Below are positions 27,577 to 35,545 of a stretch of 64,000 nt of DNA, in pieces. How positions within the stretch are numbered: the stretch's first letter is position 1; every line of letters starts with the position of its first letter. This DNA is from an uncultured Bacilli bacterium (lineage in GTDB: Bacteria > Bacillota_I > Bacilli_A > RFN20 > CAG-826): contig CALWDE010000010.1 in assembly GCA_944376605.1 (NCBI GenBank), forward strand, positions 5,287 through 69,286. Reading direction: 5' to 3'. The translations under genes were made by a program, and so were the position numbers. The notes beneath the pieces are model-generated. The model did not search any database. It had not been told where the DNA came from and was given only the letters and a program-made list of their open reading frames with translations.

Positions 27577-29206
27577 GGGAGCGCGCCTCATTTTTGGCTA
27601 TTTAGGAGTCTTCCTAATTTTTGAGGGGATTATTACTATTTCTCCCCTTTTAATGCTCCTTTTTTATCATCAAGAATGGGCGGCCTATCCTTCCTTTTTG
27701 ATTCCAGGGCTTATCGCGGTCGCTTTAGGACTAGCCTTATATTTCCCTTTAATTCATAACAGACCTCGAAATAGATTCCGTAAAAGAGAAGACGCTCTTT
27801 TGCTCACTCTTGTTTGGCTAACTGCTGTTTTATTTGGTGCATTTCCTTTTTATATCGGCGGTTTTTTTGGACAAGCTCAGATGTCTTTTTCGGAAGCGTT
27901 CTTTGAATCAATGTCGGGATACTCCGCGACAGGATTTACTGTCTTCCCTAACGAAGCATTTTTAGATGGTCCTGATGTGATTCAATACTGTTCGCATCTC
28001 TATTTATTTCATCGCGCGGTAACGCATTTCTTTGGTGGAATTGGACTAGTTCTTGTTATCACAAGCGCCATTAGTGACCGCTATAATTTGCAGCTATATT
28101 TTGCAGAAGGCCATAATGACCGTTTATTGCCTAATATGCGAAGATCTGCAAAGCTCACCTTCCTTATTTATTTTGCATATATCGCGCTTGGCACTTTCGC
28201 GTTTTTCCTTGCAGGAATGGATCCTTTTGAAGGATTTTGCCAAGCAACCGCGGCAATTGCTACGGGCGGATTCTCTACTAGAAGCACGGGCTTTTATTGG
28301 TATGCAAGTAACTATGCTGCTGGACTATATACTGGCTTTGGAGTTACTCCTTGGTGCAGTCCTATTGCCTTTGAAGTAATTGCTATGGTCTTAATGTTCC
28401 TTGGGGCAACTAACTTCATTCTTCATACTTATCTTTTCCGCGGAAAAATTAAGCAGTTTATTAAAGATTGCGAGTTCCAGTCGATGGCTATTTTTATTCT
28501 GCTATTTGCCATGCTGATGATGTTCTCTATGACTTATCTATACACGGATGAGTCACTAAATAACATGATTGGCCTTGACTGGGCTACCTCCTTCCGTTAC
28601 TCCATCTTTACCGTAATCTCTTCTATATCCACCACAGGATTTACCAACTGTGCCAATTTAATGCAGTTAGGTGAGGTTGCCTATTTCATTATGATTATCT
28701 TAATGATTCTTGGTGCCGGGGTTGGCTCAACGGGTGGCGCGATTAAGCAGTACCGCGTTGTGATCTTAGCAAAAGAACTTTATTGGTGGATCCGCGACGC
28801 GCTCAACCCCACTCGCCTCATTCATCCCCGTCCTGTATACCGTCTTGGTCAAACAAGAGAAATTTCTAAGAAAGAGTTACGCGACACGAATAACTATTCC
28901 TTCCTTTATATCGTTGTTTTAGCAGCTTTTGCCTTAATGATGATGATGTTACCTGGTATTCGTGTACAGGAAGGCTTATTTACAAGCGCTTCTGCCTTAT
29001 CAGGAACAGGATTATCCATTGTTAACTTCTTCGCTTATAAAGCAGAATTTGGTTATAACTATGACTTACTGCTTTGGATAACCTCACTAGCAATGCTTCT
29101 GGGACGTCTTGAAATCTTACCTATTGGCAGTGCTTTGGTGAAGATGGCTACCGCCCCACGCGATCTCTTGCAAAAAAGGGCGAACTTAGAAGAGGCAAAA
29201 TCATAA
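27557..29206 (+). CDS. trkH: TrkH family potassium uptake membrane protein
   Basis: The 549 aa polytopic product has repeated selectivity-filter-like segments (SGYSATGFT, ATGGFSTR, STTGFTN, LSGTGLS). Confidence 0.8.
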   Translation: MEKQPVKGARLIFGYLGVFLIFEGIITISPLLMLLFYHQEWAAYPSFLIPGLIAVALGLALYFPLIHNRPRNRFRKREDALLLTLVWLTAVLFGAFPFYIGGFFGQAQMSFSEAFFESMSGYSATGFTVFPNEAFLDGPDVIQYCSHLYLFHRAVTHFFGGIGLVLVITSAISDRYNLQLYFAEGHNDRLLPNMRRSAKLTFLIYFAYIALGTFAFFLAGMDPFEGFCQATAAIATGGFSTRSTGFYWYASNYAAGLYTGFGVTPWCSPIAFEVIAMVLMFLGATNFILHTYLFRGKIKQFIKDCEFQSMAIFILLFAMLMMFSMTYLYTDESLNNMIGLDWATSFRYSIFTVISSISTTGFTNCANLMQLGEVAYFIMIILMILGAGVGSTGGAIKQYRVVILAKELYWWIRDALNPTRLIHPRPVYRLGQTREISKKELRDTNNYSFLYIVVLAAFALMMMMLPGIRVQEGLFTSASALSGTGLSIVNFFAYKAEFGYNYDLLLWITSLAMLLGRLEILPIGSALVKMATAPRDLLQKRANLEEAKS

Positions 29207-29213
29207 AACAAGG

Positions 29214-29242
29214 TTGAACCTCCGCGAAGAAAAGAGTAATAT
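29214..29242 (+). promoter_or_regulatory. putative promoter of rpmB
   Basis: TTGAAC (29214-29219), a 17 nt spacer and TAATAT (29237-29242) lie about 55 nt upstream of the rpmB ATG. Confidence 0.4.
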
Positions 29243-29298
29243 TCGCCCTGCATTTCGTGCATTGCATGAAACGTGAAAAGAGGAGAGGAGAAAAAAGT

Positions 29299-29493
29299 AT
29301 GGCAAGAAAATGCTTCTTAACTGGAAAAGGCCCTATGAGTGGCAACAACCGCTCCCACTCCGTCCGTGCCACCCGTCGTGTCTGGAATGTGAATCTCCAA
29401 AAGCACAAGGTGATGATTGATGGACAATGGGTGGAACTAAGAATGTCCGCACGTGCCTTCCGCACGCTCAAAAAGTCTACCAAAGCGGCCTAA
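29299..29493 (+). CDS. rpmB: 50S ribosomal protein L28
   Basis: It has the sequence MARKCFLTGKGPMSGNNRSHSVRATRRVWNVNLQK and the RBS AGGAGAGGAG. The track ORF starts upstream at 29257. Confidence 0.9.
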   Translation: MARKCFLTGKGPMSGNNRSHSVRATRRVWNVNLQKHKVMIDGQWVELRMSARAFRTLKKSTKAA

Positions 29494-29518
29494 TCTCTTA
29501 TTAAGTAATGTGATAAAA

Positions 29519-29548
29519 CCTCTAGATACTTCTAGGGGTTTTTCTTTT
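29519..29548 (+). terminator. rho-independent terminator after rpmB (shared with the convergent gene)
   Basis: CCTCTAGA-tact-TCTAGGGG (8 bp stem with one G-T pair) is followed by TTTTTCTTTT. Confidence 0.55.
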
Positions 29549-29549
29549 A

Positions 29550-30215
29550 TCAGATAAGAGAAATTGCAATGACCCAAATCAGTTCACTAAGTAGATACAA
29601 AGGAACAAGAGCCCACTCAGAAAGAGCAAGGGCAATAAAAGAAGGTCTTTGATAGGTGGTTGTGCCATCAGGAAGAGTAACCTTATCTAACTTATTCCAC
29701 TGGTAAGTCTTCTTAAATAAAAGAGGGAATAAACGAGTGAGAGCTAGGAAGAAGAGAAGAGAAGCAGATAAGATAGAAGCCCAGCCATTTGTTTCTATAT
29801 TTCTTCCCCCAAGTAAATAAAGCCCTTCTACAAAAGACAAAACAGAGGAAGAGATTACAGCAATCGCGTAGGAGATAAAATGAAGTTTTTCTTTATTTAA
29901 GGAATAAACAAGAAGTCCTAGATATCCGGATAAAAAGAGGATTTGTAAGAGAATAAAGAAAAACAAAAAGGAAGATGTATCACCATAAGTTAAAGTAAGT
30001 AAATAAGATGGCACATACACTGCTCCAGCGCATCCTAAGAAAGTTAAAGCAAGATAAATATAGCGTCTTATTCCTTCTCCTTGACTGAAATACTCATATG
30101 GATAGCTATTCTTTAAGGAAAATTGAGAAAAATCATGAGGTTTTGCAGAGATAAAACCGATAAAACCGGTTACCGCTAAGGCAATAGGAATAAGACCATA
30201 AAGCAAAGAAATCAT
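29550..30215 (-). CDS. polytopic membrane protein, unknown function
   Basis: The 221 aa product has about 6 hydrophobic helices and overlaps the rpe-like gene (30212-30215). No motif recognised. Confidence 0.5.
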   Translation of the reverse strand: MISLLYGLIPIALAVTGFIGFISAKPHDFSQFSLKNSYPYEYFSQGEGIRRYIYLALTFLGCAGAVYVPSYLLTLTYGDTSSFLFFFILLQILFLSGYLGLLVYSLNKEKLHFISYAIAVISSSVLSFVEGLYLLGGRNIETNGWASILSASLLFFLALTRLFPLLFKKTYQWNKLDKVTLPDGTTTYQRPSFIALALSEWALVPLYLLSELIWVIAISLI

Positions 30216-30892
30216 GATAGTAGGGCCTTTCTATTTTCTTCTCGATCCCCTTGAAAGAAGAAGGAACCAGAAACCAAAATATCCACGCCTTCCTCTCGTA
30301 AATGCCTACCGTTTTGAGCATTCACTCCCCCGTCAAAAGAAATGAGAAAATCGCTTTTATGATTTTTTCTTCTCTCTTCTCGTAACTGAAATACTTCTTT
30401 TAAATGCTCTTCCCCGCGCGGATCAGAAGACTTACCGCACGCCCCAGGAATCACCCCCATAATAAGGACGAGATCGACCAAATCCAAAAAGGGTGTAATC
30501 GAAGATATAGAAGCATCTGGAGAAATCGCAATACCTGCTCTTTTTCCTCGACAACGAATAAAGCGGTATAAATTTAAGAGTTGACCAGGGTCAGATATGG
30601 TACCATGGAAAGTTAAAATATCCGCACCAGCATTAAGGAAAAAGAGACCATCTTCCTCCACTTCATCCGTCATAAGATGTACATCTTCTAAACAAGATGT
30701 CTTGCGATGAATTGCTAAAAAATCTTCTTTGCTTAAGCCTGTTCCATCCACAAAAGGAGGGCGCATATAGTCGAAATGTAAAAGAGAGATACCAGCCTCT
30801 TCACAAAGCTTAGCTTCTTTTACAAGATCCCCGCCTTTTTTGGCTAACAGAGAGGGAGAAACGCTGGGAAGCGATAAATCAAGAAAGTCCAT
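30212..30892 (-). CDS. rpe: divergent ribulose-phosphate 3-epimerase-like protein
   Basis: It keeps H-F-D, DVHLM, IMGVIPG and SFDGGVN, the equivalents of the Rpe metal and catalytic residues. MDGxFVPN is replaced by MRPPFVDG. Its position after the kinase matches Bacillus synteny. Confidence 0.6.
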   Translation of the reverse strand: MDFLDLSLPSVSPSLLAKKGGDLVKEAKLCEEAGISLLHFDYMRPPFVDGTGLSKEDFLAIHRKTSCLEDVHLMTDEVEEDGLFFLNAGADILTFHGTISDPGQLLNLYRFIRCRGKRAGIAISPDASISSITPFLDLVDLVLIMGVIPGACGKSSDPRGEEHLKEVFQLREERRKNHKSDFLISFDGGVNAQNGRHLREEGVDILVSGSFFFQGDREENRKALLS

Positions 30893-30895
30893 TCC

Positions 30896-31774
30896 TTATT
30901 TAAACCCAAATAAACGAGAAAGGAAGCCCCTTCTTTCACGAAAATCATTTCCATTTTTTAAAGCAGCCTCAATTGCCTCTTTCATTTCGTCTGCGCTGTG
31001 ATAACGATCTTGAGGGCGTTTACGAGTTGCTTTTAGTACGATGCGGTCAAGCGATTTTGGAATACTAGGCACATAGGTAGAAGGATCAGGCATCTTTCTT
31101 TTTATATGTTCCATAGCAATATCTTCTGTTCGGCTGCCATCAAAGGGTACTCTTCCTGTTAAAAGTTCAAAAAAGACAATACCCATCGAATAAATATCGC
31201 TTTGAATACAGGCTGTACCAGAAAGCAATGTTTCCGGGGCAGTATAAAAAATTGTGCCAGGAATAGCGTCACCGCGAGAAGATTCCCCCAGTCTTTGTGC
31301 AATTCCAAAATCGCTAATCTTGATAGAGCCATCGGGCAAATAGAAAAGGTTATCTGGCTTTAAATCGCGGTGAATTAAACCGTGCGCATGAATATAGGCA
31401 ACTCCTGTGCATAACTGGAGCATAATCTCACACGCTTCTAAAGGACTTAAAGCATGTCCCGCTGTCATATTTAATTTGTCGCGAAGCGTTCTGCCGTCAA
31501 CATATTCATTAACCATGTATGGTCTTCCTTCAATTTCTCCAGAACCATACACTTTAACGATATTAGGATTATTTAAAGAAGCAGCTGCTACGCATTCGCG
31601 GTGAAAACGTTCAATATTTTCTCTTTTTTGCGTCATCTCTTTACGCAATATCTTAATAGCAACCGCGTGGTGGGTAACTACATCATACCCTTCATAAATA
31701 TCGGCCATTCCGCCATGGGCAATGCGGCCAACAACACGGTATCTTCCGTCAATCTTACCGCCAATTTCAATCAT
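30896..31774 (-). CDS. Ser/Thr protein kinase, catalytic domain only
   Basis: It has GGMADIY...AIKIL, HRDLKPDN, DFGIA and APE motifs. The ATG at 31774 (MIEIGGKIDGRYRV) overlaps the PP2C gene end. The track ORF extension to 31957 lies inside the PP2C gene. Confidence 0.85.
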   Translation of the reverse strand: MIEIGGKIDGRYRVVGRIAHGGMADIYEGYDVVTHHAVAIKILRKEMTQKRENIERFHRECVAAASLNNPNIVKVYGSGEIEGRPYMVNEYVDGRTLRDKLNMTAGHALSPLEACEIMLQLCTGVAYIHAHGLIHRDLKPDNLFYLPDGSIKISDFGIAQRLGESSRGDAIPGTIFYTAPETLLSGTACIQSDIYSMGIVFFELLTGRVPFDGSRTEDIAMEHIKRKMPDPSTYVPSIPKSLDRIVLKATRKRPQDRYHSADEMKEAIEAALKNGNDFRERRGFLSRLFGFK

Positions 31775-32528
31775 GAGGGAAAGCCTCCCAGTAAGCGATT
31801 CCGCAATTATCAGAACCACCTGCACTATTTGCTTCCATGATAAGCGATAAAACTTTTTGATCCGCTCTTTGATTGGTAGAAATGATCGCGGAAATATCCT
31901 CTTTCGCAACTTGGGTATAAAGTCCGTCTGTGCAAAGTAATAAAGGTTCTCCTTCATATTTCCTTGAAAGGAAGCTAAAAGAAACAGAAGGGTAAATACC
32001 TAGTGCATTCATAATCACATGGCGGTCAGGATGAACAGCCGCCTCTTGCGGGCTAATTTTGCCTGCTTTTACTAAGGTGTGCACATACGTTTCATCTTCT
32101 GTTAACTGCTCTAATACACCGTTTTTATATAAATAGGCGCGTGAGTCTCCTAACGAAGCAACCATCAAATGTGATCCAGTAATAAGAGCGCACACAACTG
32201 TAGTACTCATATTGCCGCAATTGGATTCGTTTTTACGCGCTGTATCATAAATGAGAGCATTTGCCTCTTTTAATGCCTTATGGAAAAAGAAGCGGTTTAA
32301 AAAAGCGAAGCGGTGTTTTCTTTTTTCCCGAAAACTTTGTAATAGGCTGTCCATCGCAATTTTCGAAGCGAGTTCACCTCGAGAAGCCCCGCCAACACCA
32401 TCGCAAACAACCAAAAACACTTCATCATCTGCATTCACGATGACCCCAGCTTGGTCTTCATTGGTGCGACGCACTCTGCCTTTATCCGTCTTAGCAGCAT
32501 AAACACCACGATAAACTTTATGACTCAT
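31767..32528 (-). CDS. PP2C family Ser/Thr phosphatase
   Basis: It has RTNEDQ, VCDGVGG and a GGSDNCG-type C-terminal motif. The 253 aa product is paired with the kinase, as prpC is with prkC. Confidence 0.85.
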   Translation of the reverse strand: MSHKVYRGVYAAKTDKGRVRRTNEDQAGVIVNADDEVFLVVCDGVGGASRGELASKIAMDSLLQSFREKRKHRFAFLNRFFFHKALKEANALIYDTARKNESNCGNMSTTVVCALITGSHLMVASLGDSRAYLYKNGVLEQLTEDETYVHTLVKAGKISPQEAAVHPDRHVIMNALGIYPSVSFSFLSRKYEGEPLLLCTDGLYTQVAKEDISAIISTNQRADQKVLSLIMEANSAGGSDNCGIAYWEAFPHD

Positions 32529-33583
32529 TGACGGCTCTTCCTTTCGTATTTCACTCTTAATTGACCGCAGGCGGCATCAATATCTGTGCCAAACTCCTTA
32601 CGTATGGTGCACTTTATGCCATGATTATTTAAATAATCACGGAATTTTTCGACCACTTTTCGATCTGCTCTTTCGAAGGGCTTTTCTTTTACAGGATTAA
32701 AAGGAATAAGATTTACGTAGCCGAAAGTATCACCAATTAAACGGACTAACTCTGCTGCGCAATCAAGAGAATCATTCACTCCGCGCAACATGATATATTC
32801 AAAAGTAACTCTTCGTCCTGATTTCTCTACATACTCTTTTACTGCAGGCATTAAGTCCTTAAGAGGATATTTTCTAGCAATTGGCATGAGTTTTGCGCGG
32901 ATTTCGTCATTTGGAGCATGCAAAGAAATGGCTAAATTAATCTGAAGTCCTTCTTCAGAATAACGCTGAATCCCCGGAATAATTCCGCACGTAGACACGG
33001 TGATATGTCTAGCGCCTATCGCTAAACCTTTTTGTTCATTGATAATGCGGATAAATCGCATAACCTCATCATAATTATCAAAAGGCTCACCTGTTCCCAT
33101 CACTACCACATGAGAGACTCTTTCCATTTCTTTCTCAAGTAAAGCGTTCATGACCATTACTTGACCAACCATTTCAGCAGCAGTGAGTCCTCTTTCTTTT
33201 CGCAATAACCCGGAAGCACAAAATGCACAGGCCATCGAACAACCAACTTCAGAAGACACGCATAAAGCATTGCCATAGTCGTAGCGCATTAAAACGCATT
33301 CTACTTTGGCGCCGTCTTCCATTTCCAAAAGAAGTTTAATTGTGCCGTCTTGGCTTTCTTCTTTTTTAAAAATAGAAGGAAGAAATAAAGAATAAGAGCT
33401 AGAAAGAGTTTCTCTTAAATCTTTTGAAAGGTTGCTCATCTCAGAAAAGCTATGAACTTTTTTGACATAAAGCCAATCAAAAAGCTGCTGAGCACGATAT
33501 GGCTTTTCTCCAATAGCTTCCAGCTGTTTTGTAAGTTCTCCAAGCGGGAAGCCATAAAGATTACAAAGGCTTCCCTCTCCCAT
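32525..33583 (-). CDS. rlmN: 23S rRNA/tRNA A2503/A37 C2-methyltransferase (radical SAM)
   Basis: It has the CSMACAFCASG radical-SAM motif, MGTGEP and C-terminal DIDAACGQL. Confidence 0.9.
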   Translation of the reverse strand: MGEGSLCNLYGFPLGELTKQLEAIGEKPYRAQQLFDWLYVKKVHSFSEMSNLSKDLRETLSSSYSLFLPSIFKKEESQDGTIKLLLEMEDGAKVECVLMRYDYGNALCVSSEVGCSMACAFCASGLLRKERGLTAAEMVGQVMVMNALLEKEMERVSHVVVMGTGEPFDNYDEVMRFIRIINEQKGLAIGARHITVSTCGIIPGIQRYSEEGLQINLAISLHAPNDEIRAKLMPIARKYPLKDLMPAVKEYVEKSGRRVTFEYIMLRGVNDSLDCAAELVRLIGDTFGYVNLIPFNPVKEKPFERADRKVVEKFRDYLNNHGIKCTIRKEFGTDIDAACGQLRVKYERKSRQ

Positions 33584-33589
33584 AAACGC

Positions 33590-34975
33590 CTATTCTCCTT
33601 CAGACGCCTGTTCGGAAGAAGGTTCTTTTGCTTCTGTCATAGAGGCGGAGCTCTCTTCCTCTTTTTCTTCTACGCTCAAGAGTGCTTTCTTTGTTTCTTC
33701 TTGATCAATGAGCCATTGAGGCTTTTCCCCTTTCACCATAATGGCGTAATAAAGGGCGGTTTCAAATTTCTTATCGCAAGGAATTAATTGTTCTTCCTTT
33801 AAAAGATAGTATTCAGGATGCTTCTCTAAGAAAGCTTTAATTTGATTTTGTCCTTCTTTCGCATTAATCGTATACACCATGTAGACAAGCTTTCCTTCCT
33901 CTCCAACATATTCGGAAAGGTGTTCGAGTAAGGCAGTTTGATTCTCAATTAATCCTTTCACATCACTTTCTTTTAAACGAAGTAAGTAATCAGGTGAGGT
34001 AGGAATCAAATCAAAGCCTGTGCTCTTAGGAAGAGCAAAGACAACATCTTGTTTTTCGGGAATATAAGCCGCTAGAGAATCATGTTCCGCACCAAAGAAG
34101 CTAATGTTCGTTAACTTATCGCGGCGGACCATTCTTCTCACTTCACTATGTTCATCCGTGTTATGAACACCAAGATACATCGCAACATTGCTCATATTGC
34201 GTTCAATGAGTTCTCTTAAAGGAGAGCAATCATCATTTTCGCAATACATAAATACATGGTCAGTTGGCTTAAATTCGATTTGGTCAATTACGTATTTGGT
34301 GCCAATCTTCTCAGGGAAAATATTGTTATATTTCCATTCCTCACGCGAACGAAGAGGAGATTTTCCTACATAGCGAAGAATTCCTTCTACAGAAGTCTTC
34401 TCATAACTATCACTGGTAGCAAGTTGCTCCACAATTGCTTCTTTTAAGTGGGAATTTCTAACACGGATTGTAGGCTTTGCTTGCCGTGTTAAATCTCTTA
34501 AAGAACGATACGCTTTTCCAGACGTAATCGTATTGCGAATGGTTTGATACACCCAAGATGGGCAATTGAAATTAAGAGTAATATAACGATTTTCAAAAGG
34601 TTTAATTCCTTTTAATAAATCTTCTCTTTCCTTTGTTAAGACACTATCACGAATTAAAATTGCCTTCTCTTCCCCAATTTGGGCAGATAAATAGGCAAGC
34701 ACTTCATTGGCATCAAGTCTTTTTGTGTAATAGTGATTGGCCATAACAAGAGCGATAAGACGCTTATCTTCTTTGGTTAACTTTTCAAAATAATGAAGGT
34801 TATGATCAAAAAGATATTTATGACGAAGGGCCGTACCAACAAGGTTTGTAACCAAAGAACGGTAGGGCTGAGAGGCGCTATCTTCGCGGAAATAATTTCC
34901 AATTGCATCGTGGAAGGCAATTCCGTTCTCTTCAATGTCGGATAAAATCCGATAAGCAATTTCTAGTTCTTTCAT
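33590..34975 (-). CDS. RsmB/Sun-like protein with degenerate methyltransferase motifs
   Basis: It has a NusB-like N-terminus. The C-terminus aligns to the RsmB core (LVYMVYTINAKEGQNQIKAFL against E. coli [21 protein letters not shown]), but the SAM loop and both catalytic Cys are replaced. It lies in the rsmB synteny slot. Confidence 0.6.
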   Translation of the reverse strand: MKELEIAYRILSDIEENGIAFHDAIGNYFREDSASQPYRSLVTNLVGTALRHKYLFDHNLHYFEKLTKEDKRLIALVMANHYYTKRLDANEVLAYLSAQIGEEKAILIRDSVLTKEREDLLKGIKPFENRYITLNFNCPSWVYQTIRNTITSGKAYRSLRDLTRQAKPTIRVRNSHLKEAIVEQLATSDSYEKTSVEGILRYVGKSPLRSREEWKYNNIFPEKIGTKYVIDQIEFKPTDHVFMYCENDDCSPLRELIERNMSNVAMYLGVHNTDEHSEVRRMVRRDKLTNISFFGAEHDSLAAYIPEKQDVVFALPKSTGFDLIPTSPDYLLRLKESDVKGLIENQTALLEHLSEYVGEEGKLVYMVYTINAKEGQNQIKAFLEKHPEYYLLKEEQLIPCDKKFETALYYAIMVKGEKPQWLIDQEETKKALLSVEEKEEESSASMTEAKEPSSEQASEGE

Positions 34976-34980
34976 GAGTT

Positions 34981-35472
34981 TTACTCCTTGTGACCTTTTT
35001 TGGCATTTCCCTCGAGTGCTTCTTCCAAAGCATCTAACTCTTCTTTATGCTCCGCGAAGACATCGCCAGTATAAACTTCTTCATCTTGTTCTTCCTCCCA
35101 TTTTTCCTCGGCTTCTTTCACTTCATCATGACCGATGAATAAGGGATATTCCGAAGACACTCTCTTATGGGAGTGTGCTTCGTCAAAATAATGAAAAAGT
35201 ACTTCGATGTGAATTGCGAAGTCCTTGAGGGTTTTTAAAAGATAATTCGCCACGTTTTCTTCCAAAGCGTGATAACGCAAAGGACATTCTACTTTGACAC
35301 GAATGTTCCAACTTGTTTGCTCTATCCCGTTATGAACAATGGTTCCATTTGGAACGAAAAAAGATATTTCATCTTCACTTGCTTCAAACAAATTAGCTAA
35401 GTTCTTTAAATGCTCACGGCTATAGCGGCCAGTCACAAACGGATCTAAGCCTTCAAACGTAATCAAAATCAT
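34981..35472 (-). CDS. hypothetical protein with acidic C-terminal tail
   Basis: A 163 aa ORF with a compact N-terminal domain and an E/D/K-rich tail. No motif recognised. Confidence 0.45.
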   Translation of the reverse strand: MILITFEGLDPFVTGRYSREHLKNLANLFEASEDEISFFVPNGTIVHNGIEQTSWNIRVKVECPLRYHALEENVANYLLKTLKDFAIHIEVLFHYFDEAHSHKRVSSEYPLFIGHDEVKEAEEKWEEEQDEEVYTGDVFAEHKEELDALEEALEGNAKKGHKE

Positions 35473-35545
35473 GGCGTCCTCTTCTCAACCGGCAACTATC
35501 ATAGCACGCAAGCTAGCGCGCGTGCGTATGAGTTTTCATTCTTTT

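Noticed and set aside
35504-35525. A GC-rich inverted repeat GCACGC…GCGTGC lies between priA and the 163 aa ORF, and could be a terminator.
   Set aside because: No T-tract follows on the coding (minus) strand, and the genes look co-transcribed. It may be a structural or processing element, but I cannot support a call.
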